DNA of 64,000 bases. Origin: a virus (lineage: Duplodnaviria; Heunggongvirae; Uroviricota; Caudoviricetes). The notes under the pieces were generated by a model. It ran no database searches. It was not told the DNA's origin and saw only the letters and a program-made list of their open reading frames with translations. The stretch lies in IMG/VR virus record IMGVR_UViG_3300042154_004306, one strand, 5' to 3'. Each line of letters starts with the position of its first letter. Position 1 is the first letter of the stretch. A program made the translations under genes and the position numbers. Positions 10,139 through 20,321 of the stretch are shown here, one piece after another.

Positions 10139-10159
10139 ATTCTCTAAAGATAATGTAAA

Positions 10160-10975
10160 ATGGCTGACGTACTATGCTCAATCGAAGAGGCTCGAATTAA
10201 TGGAACTCTTCAAGTCTTCGAAAAGAAGACCAAATACCACGACTATCAATTTCTAGTTAGATCTGAGGAAGAGATAAAATTCAATGTGTCTCAAAATATC
10301 TCTACTAAACCGACAGGCGGAGAATATTTTAAACCACTATTCATACCACATTATGCTCAAAACCCAGGAGGTCCATTGACTCTTGAGGATTTAGACGAAG
10401 AAGATGTTTGGTTGGATGCAGGCGGTCATATTGGAATATTTGCAACTCGTTTGCTAACCCAATTTCCAAGAATTCAAAAAGTTTATTCTTACGAACCTTT
10501 TCATAATAACGTTGAGTTTGCTCAGCAAAATATTGAAATGAATCACGTACAAGACCGTTGCGAGATAATCGAGAAAGCGATAGTAGCCGACGATTCTAAG
10601 TCCGTTGAATTCTTCTTATCTCAGGATTCAGGTAAGCACAGCGTTCATCCAATCCGAGGACGCCAGGTCACAACTGTTCCTGCTGAGAATATTAATACAA
10701 TCATTAAGGAAAAGGGAATTACCTGTATTAAGATGGACATTGAGGGTCTTGAATACGATATGATTAAAGCAATCAATAAGGAAAGCTTTGATCAGTTGAA
10801 GCTATTCATCGTTGAATACCATTTCCATTATAGTTGGTTACTTGAAAACCGTGCAGCTAAGTTCAATGAGATTATGGAAATTTTTGGAAATAATTTTGAC
10901 AGAATTTTCGTTAATCCAAGAACCGCAAACGGTAAGCACTTCATTACTCACTTTGCTGGATTTAAAAAGGCATAA
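10160..10975 (+). CDS. FkbM-family SAM methyltransferase
   Basis: LDAGGHIG, YEP, IKMDIEGLE, IVEYH motifs. Confidence 0.85.
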   Translation: MADVLCSIEEARINGTLQVFEKKTKYHDYQFLVRSEEEIKFNVSQNISTKPTGGEYFKPLFIPHYAQNPGGPLTLEDLDEEDVWLDAGGHIGIFATRLLTQFPRIQKVYSYEPFHNNVEFAQQNIEMNHVQDRCEIIEKAIVADDSKSVEFFLSQDSGKHSVHPIRGRQVTTVPAENINTIIKEKGITCIKMDIEGLEYDMIKAINKESFDQLKLFIVEYHFHYSWLLENRAAKFNEIMEIFGNNFDRIFVNPRTANGKHFITHFAGFKKA

Positions 10976-11400
10976 TGAGTCCATACAAGTTATTGCAGGA
11001 GATTTACCATAACGACCCTTGGAAGTCGCAAGTGTGTTGTATTCTGCTTAACTGTACTCGAAGAGTTCAGGTCGATAGAGTTCGTGATGAACTCTATCGT
11101 CGTTATCCGGATGCGGTTGAAATGTCAATTGCTGAGCCTGGAGAACTTTCACAACTTCTTAAACCCTTAGGCCTTTATAACAGAAGAGCCAAAACTTTAA
11201 TTAGATTCAGCATTGACTGGATTGATAAGGATTGGAAACATCCCAAGGAACTGTACGGTATCGGTCAATATGCTGCAGATTCTTGGGATATTTTCTATGA
11301 AAATCGGTTAGATATTGAACCAAATGATGGAGTTCTAGTAAAATACTTACAATGGAAAAGAAATCAAGTAAATCACTCTATGCCTATTTTGGCGAATTAG
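10975..11400 (+). CDS. MBD4-like HhH-GPD DNA glycosylase
   Basis: DPWK..CILLNCT, LKPLGLYNRRA, LYGIGQYAADS, P.D..L..Y..W. Confidence 0.85.
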   Translation: MSPYKLLQEIYHNDPWKSQVCCILLNCTRRVQVDRVRDELYRRYPDAVEMSIAEPGELSQLLKPLGLYNRRAKTLIRFSIDWIDKDWKHPKELYGIGQYAADSWDIFYENRLDIEPNDGVLVKYLQWKRNQVNHSMPILAN

Positions 11401-12419
11401 GACTATTCGATACGAATATACCAGGTCATACCTTCTATCAAATTGGATTAATGGACGCCCTGTCTGAAAAATTCAAAGTTGATCAATTTGATTTCTTAAA
11501 CTACGTTAGCGATAAGTACACAAGCGGCTCAATCGATCCAGTTTTTCCAAAGGATAATCTTGGAGAGCTCATGACCGAATACACAAGAAAATTAGTTAAT
11601 AACTATCAGATTGCCTGGCCTGAAGTTATGGAAAAGATAACAAATCGTGAATACGACAAAATATTCTTAAAAGCCAGATTCAGGAATTTGTCAACTTTGG
11701 AAAAAAAATTGAAAGATGCTAAGATTTTTGAAGACACTATCACAACTGCGTTAGAAGTAGGATACGATCCGGCCGATATCGTCATCATCGATACGGATCT
11801 TTCCCTAAGTGAATCGTTCTTATCTACGATCGAGTCTCTTGGCCTTAGTCGAGAAATTCCATCAATTACCATGCCTGGAATGAGTAAAGCATTTATTCAG
11901 GACTGCTTAAGAATTCATGAAAATTCAACAGAGTCACCGTATATAAATTTGATGTATTATGGAAACCTGTCATTTGATAATTACAAAGAAGGCCATTCCA
12001 AGAATCCAATCATAAATGATATTATCCAGTCAGTAGACCAGACCCAAATGTTTGATGGTACGACGTTCACAATGACAGTTGCCGCAAAGAAGGACTTAAG
12101 CCTTGATCACTGGATTGGTGCAATGAATAGAGTTTCCCTGACGGCCAGAGAGGATAGAGCACGTATTTGGCAGAATTTCTCACATTCAATAGTGTCGGTA
12201 AACGTAAGCAAGGATCTCTATATCAAAGAGAAATTTATCCCGGCTAGAGTTTACGAATCCATCATATTCGGTGTGATTCCAGTTTCATATAAATGGGGCC
12301 AGCATCCAGCAATGACGTTTGAAACAGTTGAAGATTTTTGGGAAATCTGCAAGTTTCTAGCCGAGTGTTCCAGACAGGACTATCTAAAGATTCTTAGACT
12401 TTGCGCTGACCGACTTTAA
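11352..12419 (+). CDS. putative GT-B glycosyltransferase
   Basis: YYGN motif and C-terminal FIPARVYESIIFGVIPV resembling the GT-B R-x-x-E donor-binding motif. Confidence 0.5.
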   Translation: MEKKSSKSLYAYFGELGLFDTNIPGHTFYQIGLMDALSEKFKVDQFDFLNYVSDKYTSGSIDPVFPKDNLGELMTEYTRKLVNNYQIAWPEVMEKITNREYDKIFLKARFRNLSTLEKKLKDAKIFEDTITTALEVGYDPADIVIIDTDLSLSESFLSTIESLGLSREIPSITMPGMSKAFIQDCLRIHENSTESPYINLMYYGNLSFDNYKEGHSKNPIINDIIQSVDQTQMFDGTTFTMTVAAKKDLSLDHWIGAMNRVSLTAREDRARIWQNFSHSIVSVNVSKDLYIKEKFIPARVYESIIFGVIPVSYKWGQHPAMTFETVEDFWEICKFLAECSRQDYLKILRLCADRL

Positions 12420-12462
12420 CCCAGGTTAGAGAATAAATAATAAGAAATTACGCAATCAATAA

Positions 12463-14850
12463 ATGCAATATGTAGTTTCAGCAGAAGAGTACTTTGACTC
12501 ACTAAATGAAAGCCGCCAGAATCTAGACAAGCTCATCAAGTATTTTGAAAATATACCAGAGGCCTTCTTTGAGGCAATCGACCGAACTAACTGGTCAAAA
12601 ATGGACGATTTCTTTAATCTTCCAGTGAATGAGGCCTCTTCGCAAGCAAAACTTAATCATCAACTTTTTTTACTAGATCACATTGAAGATATTAACAACA
12701 TCATTCAAAAAGAGGACTTTTTAGTTAGAGCAGGTTACGATACCGTTGCTCTACGCGAAAGCGGCGAGTATTTAGCTACAGTTCAGTCTCTCGATGAGGG
12801 TTTACTTGGAACGGTTTGGAGTTTCATTAAAGGCATGGTCGCCGATCCGGACCCAGTTGAGATGACCTTAAATATCATTCGTCTTGTCCTAGACGTTATT
12901 GGTATTGTTCCATTCACTTGGGCAGGTTTTCCAATCGATATTGTTGCAAACTTAATGTCTGCAGTAATTTCCATCTACAAGAACGATTTTTTCTCAGCGA
13001 TTCTTAGCATTCTGTCAGCAATTGATGTAAGTAAAGTGAATGCTGTTGCTACTAAGTTTCTTAAGCCTGCAGCGCCAATCATAAATAAAATAGCAAAAAT
13101 AGCATTCAGATCAGGATCAGAAGCCGTTGCCCTTGAAAAAGTCGTAATTAACGCAAGAGAAGAATTAATAAAAATAGGCGGAAAAAGCCTATTGGACAAT
13201 ATTATAGGCTTATTTAAGAATATTGCAAGCTTCATAGTCGGAGCAGGATTAAGCATTGTCAAATTAATCGCAGGATTCGTTGAGTTTGCAATCAACCTTG
13301 TAACCGGTGGAGCCGCTAAAAAATACACAGCAAAGATTCCACTATTCGTTGATAAACTTGCAGCCAACATGAGCTTATGGGGTAAAAATTTCGATAGCGC
13401 TTCTAAGATTTTAGTTGGAGCTGAGGGAGATTCTATTGCTCGAGCAAGTAAGGACCTTCAAAAAAATGCACTTGTAGCCACAAAGGGAGAAAGAAGCGCA
13501 CTTATAGCTCAAACTAAAGCCGATGCAATTGCCGCCGGTAAAACTGGAAAAGCCGGTGATTTAGAGGTTGCCGCAAAGGTCAATGATTTTGATAAAGCAA
13601 TAGTTGACCGATACTTGGATGCAACCGGCTATCTTGGAAATCTTAGAGGAACTGTTAAAGAGACAAAAGTCTTCACGGACAAAATTTCAAAACTTACGAA
13701 AGCTGAACAAGATATTTGGATTGCTGCAAAAATGGAGAATGAAATAATTGGACAAGCTAAATTAAGTGCTGATGCAATACTAAAAGATAAAGATCTAGCA
13801 AAGAGACTGGCTGATTTGGGTTGGAGACCCGGTAGTGCTGATCTAATGGCAATGGCAAAAAAAGGAGATACTGCCGGCGTTAAGAAGTTCTTTGAGGCTT
13901 TCTTAACCGATCCGCAATTATCTAAAAATTTAAGTAAGGCTGAAATCAGAGCATTCACACCATTTGTAGCCAGGCCGAAAGCATTCGTTGAAGGAGTCAA
14001 ACACATGGATGATGTACTTAAAGTCGCAAAAACCATGGAAGGACTTAGCCGTACCGTGGCAAAACGAGCGATTCCATTAGAAAGAGTCTTAAGTTTCTTA
14101 TCCAGACTCGTATGGCAGCAATTTGGAAATCTTGAGTGTTTAGTAGAAGTTGGAGCAAATAAGATGAGCGCAGCAATTGCGTCTCAAACGACTAAACTTG
14201 CATCAAAAGGCCTAGAGCTAGCTCTAAAACCTGCAGTAAATGAGGCAGACGAACCTGCTCAAGATTCAGCTCAATTAGATGAGCTAGTCGCACAAGAGGT
14301 CGAAAAGAACAAAAAATTAAAAGAGCAGCTAAAGGCTAAAAAGGGTAAAGCTGATTGTGGAATGCTTGCGGCCGCGAACTCAGCGATAGTTGCTGCTCAC
14401 GTTGCTGATTATCCTGGGTCAACTGCTAATTTAGGAGGAACTTCTAACATGGGAGACGACAAAAAAGCCAGAGAGAATTTTGAAAAAACGAGCACCGAAT
14501 ACACTCAACAAATTCTTAAATCAATGAAGCTTGACACAAGCATTGATGCACAACACGCAATCGATGGACTTGATCCAGTTACTCAACTTTCACTATCTGA
14601 TGTTTGGGATTCTGAACATGGAGTAGTTAGCGTAAATACATCAGAGGTTTCTAACATGAAGGAGATTGCGGATGGATTCGTTAAGCGAGGCCAATGGACT
14701 CAAGAAGAAGCTGATCGAGCTATTAAAAAGGCAACAGAGATGCTAGATTCCGGAGATATGCCAGAAATTCCACTGCCCAAGTCAATTGAAAAAACGGATG
14801 AGGGCCTTTTTAAAACAAAAGGATTCGGATTCTCCTCTATAAATAACTAA
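12463..14850 (+). CDS. large internal virion/ejection-like protein with hydrophobic PT-TG-like hairpin
   Basis: Late motif; N-terminal LNES; LDVIGIVP...DIVANL...NDFFSAILSILSAI. Confidence 0.5.
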   Translation: MQYVVSAEEYFDSLNESRQNLDKLIKYFENIPEAFFEAIDRTNWSKMDDFFNLPVNEASSQAKLNHQLFLLDHIEDINNIIQKEDFLVRAGYDTVALRESGEYLATVQSLDEGLLGTVWSFIKGMVADPDPVEMTLNIIRLVLDVIGIVPFTWAGFPIDIVANLMSAVISIYKNDFFSAILSILSAIDVSKVNAVATKFLKPAAPIINKIAKIAFRSGSEAVALEKVVINAREELIKIGGKSLLDNIIGLFKNIASFIVGAGLSIVKLIAGFVEFAINLVTGGAAKKYTAKIPLFVDKLAANMSLWGKNFDSASKILVGAEGDSIARASKDLQKNALVATKGERSALIAQTKADAIAAGKTGKAGDLEVAAKVNDFDKAIVDRYLDATGYLGNLRGTVKETKVFTDKISKLTKAEQDIWIAAKMENEIIGQAKLSADAILKDKDLAKRLADLGWRPGSADLMAMAKKGDTAGVKKFFEAFLTDPQLSKNLSKAEIRAFTPFVARPKAFVEGVKHMDDVLKVAKTMEGLSRTVAKRAIPLERVLSFLSRLVWQQFGNLECLVEVGANKMSAAIASQTTKLASKGLELALKPAVNEADEPAQDSAQLDELVAQEVEKNKKLKEQLKAKKGKADCGMLAAANSAIVAAHVADYPGSTANLGGTSNMGDDKKARENFEKTSTEYTQQILKSMKLDTSIDAQHAIDGLDPVTQLSLSDVWDSEHGVVSVNTSEVSNMKEIADGFVKRGQWTQEEADRAIKKATEMLDSGDMPEIPLPKSIEKTDEGLFKTKGFGFSSINN

Positions 14851-14865
14851 AATTACGATAACCGA

Positions 14866-15960
14866 ATGACATTCGTTAAAACATTTGAAGATTTTAAAAA
14901 TCAGGTCTCACAAGTTTCAGAAAAAGCCATTTCAGGTGGCTCTGTAACTAAGGAAGCTGAAAACAAAGCTGCTGGCGAACTTGCTAAATTCACAGTAGTT
15001 CTTAAAGCGACTAGCGATAATGATACGATAAGTGATGCAAATCCAGCACAGAGCGCCCTAGACCATCTTGTAAACAGTCAAGACTTCCAGAACTGGTATT
15101 CCGGTGAAACTACCAGCAATGATGCGGCTGCCCAAACTTTTACAAGTTCAAATTCAACTTCCATTGCATTCATTGACACTGGCAAGCACAGACAAGCTGG
15201 TTTCTTGAAAAGAGAAAAAGCAACTGAAACCTTTATTTTCAAGAGAATCGGTTCGCCTAACACAACTGATCGAAATAAGTCTGAACTTAATTATGACGTT
15301 AAGAAATTTCCAGCACAGGCAAAATCGAAAGTTGCTTCAGGCGGCACCGTTTATGCATGGAACCTTGAGCAGGAAAAGACAATGACTCTTAATCCAGCTC
15401 AACCAATGACAGTTCCATTGGACAGCTTAACCGTTGACCTTGCAATGAAAACTAATATTACTGCTACACCGGCTAGCCAATCAAGCCCACAAACTCCACC
15501 GGCTACACAAATTCCGGCTGGATCTGGAGGAGCGCCCACTACTACTCAAGCCTCTACTAATACTAATCAGGCCTCTTCTTATGTTGGACTTAAGCGTACT
15601 CAAACCTTTGATAAAAGAATTCAGGATCTACAAAAGACAATTATTGCTAAGGGTGGTCCTGCTGCTGATGCGATCGTTGCAAAAGGCGGAGCTATTGGAA
15701 AATACGGATCAGGTACAGCTTCGGCAATTGGTATTATAATTGGAACAAATAAGGCTGAAGATGAAATCACAGCAGACATTGATGCTAAATTAAAAACTGC
15801 TCTTGCTGGAGTAACCCCTGATCAAATTGCAAAGGTTCAAGCGCCTGCTGCAAAAACTGGAGTAACTTCACCGGCTGCTGCTAAGCCTGCAGCTACTTCT
15901 GCTAAACCGGCCGCTGCTGCTAAGCCTAAGGCTGTCGCTAAAGCTGACCCAGGATTCTAA
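14866..15960 (+). CDS. late protein with peptidoglycan-binding-like C-terminal region
   Basis: N-terminal KTFEDF; IQDLQK...GKYGSGTASAI; Ala/Pro/Lys tail. Confidence 0.5.
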   Translation: MTFVKTFEDFKNQVSQVSEKAISGGSVTKEAENKAAGELAKFTVVLKATSDNDTISDANPAQSALDHLVNSQDFQNWYSGETTSNDAAAQTFTSSNSTSIAFIDTGKHRQAGFLKREKATETFIFKRIGSPNTTDRNKSELNYDVKKFPAQAKSKVASGGTVYAWNLEQEKTMTLNPAQPMTVPLDSLTVDLAMKTNITATPASQSSPQTPPATQIPAGSGGAPTTTQASTNTNQASSYVGLKRTQTFDKRIQDLQKTIIAKGGPAADAIVAKGGAIGKYGSGTASAIGIIIGTNKAEDEITADIDAKLKTALAGVTPDQIAKVQAPAAKTGVTSPAAAKPAATSAKPAAAAKPKAVAKADPGF

Positions 15961-15981
15961 TAAAAATTAATAAAGTATACA

Positions 15982-16695
15982 ATGATTAACTTAAACAATT
16001 ACGCAATATTAGCTGAACAGAAAAAATACGGATACTCTACCCCAATCACTGAGAGCATTGATGTAGTAAATGAAGCTGCACCGGACATGCAAACCGAAGA
16101 CGGTGTCAAAAAGGTATTGGGTGGAAAAACTGACCCAAATTATGCAGCACAATGGAATCAACTAGTCGATGATGTGGCTACTCATAAAGCTGCCGGTACG
16201 TACACTGTGACAATCAATCACGATGACAATAGGCCAATGGTAACTTTGCAATATCAGATTGGTACTGATCTTAAGCCAGTAAAAGGTAGTGTTAAACTTG
16301 CAGCTACGACTGCTCAAGCGGCTCAAGGAGCCCCAGCTCAAATGTCTGAAGCAGACGGTTTCGCAAAGGTAAAAGCTGCATCTGACGTAATTCAAAATTT
16401 ATTTGTTGATAATTCACCGTTTTTTGCACCATTTAAAGGTACGTGGAATGATGAAGATTCAAAAGCAGCAGCAGAATTTGACAAATGGTATAATTCTAAA
16501 TGGAAGGTTGTAATTGATTCGTTAAAGGGTCATACTAATGAGGATATTAAAACAAGCGCAACTAACGTTTCAAAAGCAGTAACTTCAATACTTTCAAAAA
16601 TGAGAGGTGGAGCCGATGCGGATGATACGGTTGTTTGGAATATAGTTGCCGCAAATGGCGCTTACTCAACGTATAAAGTGGATACAGATTTTTAA
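15982..16695 (+). CDS. hypothetical late protein
   Basis: 237-aa ORF with ITES/VNEA sites. Confidence 0.6.
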   Translation: MINLNNYAILAEQKKYGYSTPITESIDVVNEAAPDMQTEDGVKKVLGGKTDPNYAAQWNQLVDDVATHKAAGTYTVTINHDDNRPMVTLQYQIGTDLKPVKGSVKLAATTAQAAQGAPAQMSEADGFAKVKAASDVIQNLFVDNSPFFAPFKGTWNDEDSKAAAEFDKWYNSKWKVVIDSLKGHTNEDIKTSATNVSKAVTSILSKMRGGADADDTVVWNIVAANGAYSTYKVDTDF

Positions 16696-16701
16696 TAGTA
16701 T

Positions 16702-16890
16702 ATGTTAATCGTAAATACAAAGGACAATGGATCATTAGACAGAGCCCTAAAGGTACTAAAAAGAAAATTTGAACAGACTGGAACAGTTATAGAACTTCGC
16801 TCACGTAAGGAGTTCACAAAACCTAGCGTCAAACGCAGAGAAGAGATGATTGATGCAAAGTATCGCCAAACCTTTATCAAGAATGATTAA
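16702..16890 (+). CDS. rpsU: 30S ribosomal protein bS21
   Basis: SLDRALK.LKRK...ELRSRKEFTKPSVKRR. Confidence 0.9.
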   Translation: MLIVNTKDNGSLDRALKVLKRKFEQTGTVIELRSRKEFTKPSVKRREEMIDAKYRQTFIKND

Positions 16891-17350
16891 AACATTTTCA
16901 GATTTTTTGAACGAGAAAAAAAAGAATTGGAGTGGAGCTGGCGTTGCTATTGTTTACGATGCCAAAATTCTATTGGTCCATCCAGCAAATGGCAGTTGGG
17001 TCAAACCGGTTATGGGAATTCCCAAGGGTGGAGTTGAGGAGGGCGAAGACCTTCTTGATGCAGCGCTTAGAGAACTTCGTGAGGAGACCGGCATTAAACT
17101 TTCACCCGATAAATTAGAGCAACAAGTCGAGTCAATCGACATTTTTAATAAAGACGGCAAGTACCAACATTCTCTACACTATTTCGTTTGTAGAATATCT
17201 GATCTTTCCGAAATTGGGCTAGACTCGCTAGCCGTTCCAAAATCCCAACTTCAAAAAGAAGAGGTTGATTGGGCAGGTTTTGTTAATATCAAGGAAGCTT
17301 ATGGAAAAGTTTCAAGAGCTCAATTAATAATATTAGACCGCCTTTCCTAA
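16883..17350 (+). CDS. Nudix hydrolase
   Basis: PKGGVEEGEDLLDAALRELREETG Nudix box; start refined to MIKTFSDFLNE. Confidence 0.9.
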   Translation: MIKTFSDFLNEKKKNWSGAGVAIVYDAKILLVHPANGSWVKPVMGIPKGGVEEGEDLLDAALRELREETGIKLSPDKLEQQVESIDIFNKDGKYQHSLHYFVCRISDLSEIGLDSLAVPKSQLQKEEVDWAGFVNIKEAYGKVSRAQLIILDRLS

Positions 17351-17404
17351 AACTTATTTGTCCAAGCGAGTAGAATTATCTATTAAAATCAAAATTTTAT
17401 TCAA

Positions 17405-18019
17405 ATGGAAAACACTCAAGAATTATTAACCGACACATTGGTTGCCGAAGAAACAACAGTTGATGTTGTAGCAAATGAGGTTGAAGAAACTCAACCTGAA
17501 ACTGAATTTATCTTGGACGAAGAGCTAATGAAAGCCGCTGGATCTCCTAACCAAGAAGGCGAGCAGTCTGCCTTAGACATGTTAATCGCGCGCAGAACTG
17601 GATTCTATCCAATCAAGTTGGATGTTGCTGACCTAAAATGGATCAAAAATTCATGTAAATCAGGCAAGTTCACATTCACTGGACCAAACGAAGCATTCAT
17701 GATAATGAACTGTTTCATGGGAGTATCTGCAGCAATCGCTAGACTTGAACAGGAAAAGGCTGAAAAAATGGAATCTACTGGATCAGTAGAGATGCAGGCA
17801 GCAGCAGTTGAAGCCGCAGCGATTCTACTTAACAAGTACGAAGGTGTTGGCCTTGAATCAGCTCAACGTGTTTTTAGAATTGCAATCGCACTAAACGGTC
17901 CAGTAATGGAAATGAAGCAACTTGATCAAATCATTAATCAGTTGAAAATCGAAGAGGCTAAACAGGATGAGCTTGCTAATCAAGCGGATTTGGAAAACAC
18001 TCCAGTAAATCCTAGCTAA
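17405..18019 (+). CDS. hypothetical acidic protein
   Basis: 204-aa ORF followed by terminator. Confidence 0.6.
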   Translation: MENTQELLTDTLVAEETTVDVVANEVEETQPETEFILDEELMKAAGSPNQEGEQSALDMLIARRTGFYPIKLDVADLKWIKNSCKSGKFTFTGPNEAFMIMNCFMGVSAAIARLEQEKAEKMESTGSVEMQAAAVEAAAILLNKYEGVGLESAQRVFRIAIALNGPVMEMKQLDQIINQLKIEEAKQDELANQADLENTPVNPS

Positions 18020-18044
18020 TTAAACAAAACGCCAATTATTCTCC

Positions 18045-18066
18045 AAAAGCCGCGACAGCGGCTTTT
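18045..18066 (+). terminator. rho-independent terminator
   Basis: AAAAGCCGC-GACA-GCGGCTTTT. Confidence 0.75.
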
Positions 18067-18088
18067 GTTGTTTAGTATAATAACCAAT

Positions 18089-19378
18089 ATGAACAATCAA
18101 GATTTTCAAGCAGTTGTAAATTTCATTGAAGAAATGAAAGCAACTTCATCAACCAACGATAAGAAATCAATACTTAAGAAGTATGACTCTCCAGTACTCC
18201 GAAAGTTATTTGAATATGTGTATTCTCCGTTCAAACAGTATCACGTCACTTCAGATAACCTAAAGAAGCGTCAGGATCTTAGTTTCGATAACTATGATAA
18301 TCTATTCTCAATACTTGATGATCTGAATGAACGTCATGTGACTGGTCACTCTGCTATTCAAGCCGTGAATGGTTTTATTGCCAAGAATCAAGAATTCTCA
18401 GATGTGATCTATGATGTGATTGACCGAAATCTAAAGACCAGAGCAACCGCTACTCTAATTAACTCGGTAATGCCCGGAACGGTACCAACCTTTGATGTTG
18501 CGCTAGCTGAAAAATTTGACGGCAATGAAAAGAAGGTTGACTTTGACTCTGGTGAATGGTGGGCAAGTCGTAAGCTTGATGGAGTTCGGTGCATTACCGT
18601 AATTGATGAGCATGGCGAACCTAAATTCTATTCCAGAGCAGGTAATCAATTCTTGACCTTGGGTGTCTTGGCTGAGGACATTAAGAAACTTGGTTTACGT
18701 AGTAAAGTTTTGGACGGAGAAGTCTGTGTCATGAAGGAAGGAGGTCTTGAAGATTTCCAAGGTATAATTAAGGAAATTGGCCGTAAGGATCATACGATCG
18801 TTTCGCCTAAATATTACGTTTTTGATTTTCTTGAGCTTGAGGAATTTAGTGCTCAATCAGGTAACGTTTCACTTGCTGCAAGATTAATTATCCTAAATGC
18901 AGTAGTCACCGGGCTAGCCTATGCAGAACCGCTGGTTCAGATACAGGTTGAGAACAAGGAGCATTTTGAGGAATTGGTGGCTGATGCAACTCAAATGGGA
19001 TACGAAGGGGTCATGATGCGTAAATCAGTTGGCTATGAAGGTAAGAGATCAAAGAACCTTTTGAAAGTCAAGAAAATGCACGATGCTGAATACGTAGTAA
19101 TTGATCACGAAAGCGGAGTTAACCGAGTTATTGAAAACGGTCGTGAGATTGAAGAGGTGATGTTAAAGGCCGTAATTGTCGAGCACAAAGGCAATCAAGT
19201 TAGAGTCGGTTCAGGTTTCTCTCTTGACCAAAGAAGATTTTACCATCAAAACCCAGATGAAATTTTAGGTAAAACAATAACCGTCCAGTATTTTGAAGAA
19301 ACGACCGATAAGCACGGAGAACACTCATTAAGATTTCCGGTAATAAAAGTAGTTCACGGACAGAAAAGAGAATTTTAA
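18089..19378 (+). CDS. ATP-dependent DNA ligase
   Basis: KLDGVR, LDGE, EGVM, LLKVK, VGSGF, LRFP. Confidence 0.95.
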   Translation: MNNQDFQAVVNFIEEMKATSSTNDKKSILKKYDSPVLRKLFEYVYSPFKQYHVTSDNLKKRQDLSFDNYDNLFSILDDLNERHVTGHSAIQAVNGFIAKNQEFSDVIYDVIDRNLKTRATATLINSVMPGTVPTFDVALAEKFDGNEKKVDFDSGEWWASRKLDGVRCITVIDEHGEPKFYSRAGNQFLTLGVLAEDIKKLGLRSKVLDGEVCVMKEGGLEDFQGIIKEIGRKDHTIVSPKYYVFDFLELEEFSAQSGNVSLAARLIILNAVVTGLAYAEPLVQIQVENKEHFEELVADATQMGYEGVMMRKSVGYEGKRSKNLLKVKKMHDAEYVVIDHESGVNRVIENGREIEEVMLKAVIVEHKGNQVRVGSGFSLDQRRFYHQNPDEILGKTITVQYFEETTDKHGEHSLRFPVIKVVHGQKREF

Positions 19379-19384
19379 TTAGAC

Positions 19385-19864
19385 ATGCATAAAAGAATAA
19401 TACTAGTCGGCCGTGCCGCAAGTGGTAAAGACCACATCCGCAAAAAATTTGAAGCTCAAGGCTTTAGATACGCAGTCAGCTATACAACTCGTCCTCCCAG
19501 AGAAGGCGAAGTAGCTGGAGTTGATTACATCTTCATTTCTCCAGCAGAGGCTCAAGCAATGATCAAGAATGATGAGTTCTATGAGTACGTTGAGTTTAAT
19601 GGTTGGCTCTATGGAACCTCAATTAGACAATTTGATGAGGACGATGTATTCATCATGACCCCGACCGGCCTAGCTCATGTCGATGAGGACTCTCGTAAAA
19701 GGTCATTCGTCATCTTCGTTGATATTGATGAAGAGGTTAGACGTGAGAGAATGGCGAGCCGTACCATGCCAGGAGATTCAGTCGATCGCAGAATTGAGGC
19801 AGATCGTAAGGACTTTGAGAATTTTACAAATTATAATATACGAATAACTAACCCAGACTTTTAA
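19385..19864 (+). CDS. gmk: guanylate kinase-like protein
   Basis: GRAASGKD, SYTTRPPREGEVAGVDY, YGT. Confidence 0.85.
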   Translation: MHKRIILVGRAASGKDHIRKKFEAQGFRYAVSYTTRPPREGEVAGVDYIFISPAEAQAMIKNDEFYEYVEFNGWLYGTSIRQFDEDDVFIMTPTGLAHVDEDSRKRSFVIFVDIDEEVRRERMASRTMPGDSVDRRIEADRKDFENFTNYNIRITNPDF

Positions 19865-19869
19865 TTACT

Positions 19870-20289
19870 ATGGCATTTGAATTAACAGGAATAATCATTG
19901 AAATATTCCCAGCACAGACTTTTAACAAGGGCTTTCGCAAAAGAGAGTTCATTATTGAAACGGGAGATAAGTACCCACAAAAAATAGCTTTTGGACTTGT
20001 TCAAGACAAGTGTGACATGATTGACTCTTATGGAGTTGGCGATACTGTTGCAGTTTCGTTTGACGTTAAGGGTCGAGACTGGACAGACAAGTCAGGTCAA
20101 ACCAAATACTTCAATACTTTGGAAGCCTATCGCATCAGCGGTCAACAACGCGCAGCAGTCAAGGGCAAGCAGATGGAAGAGGACGACGATGACGAAATTT
20201 TCCGTAGCTTAGGTATTGATACTACTAGTCCAAAGAAATCAACCGCAAAGGTTGATACGTCTTGGAGCGACGAGGACTTACCTTTTTAA
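19870..20289 (+). CDS. DUF3127 OB-fold (SSB-like) protein
   Basis: F.KREF..YPQ..GRDW..YFNTL.AYRI; acidic DEDLPF tail. Confidence 0.85.
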   Translation: MAFELTGIIIEIFPAQTFNKGFRKREFIIETGDKYPQKIAFGLVQDKCDMIDSYGVGDTVAVSFDVKGRDWTDKSGQTKYFNTLEAYRISGQQRAAVKGKQMEEDDDDEIFRSLGIDTTSPKKSTAKVDTSWSDEDLPF

Positions 20290-20321
20290 CTTTTAAAAAA
20301 TATAAATTAAAAAATAAAAGT

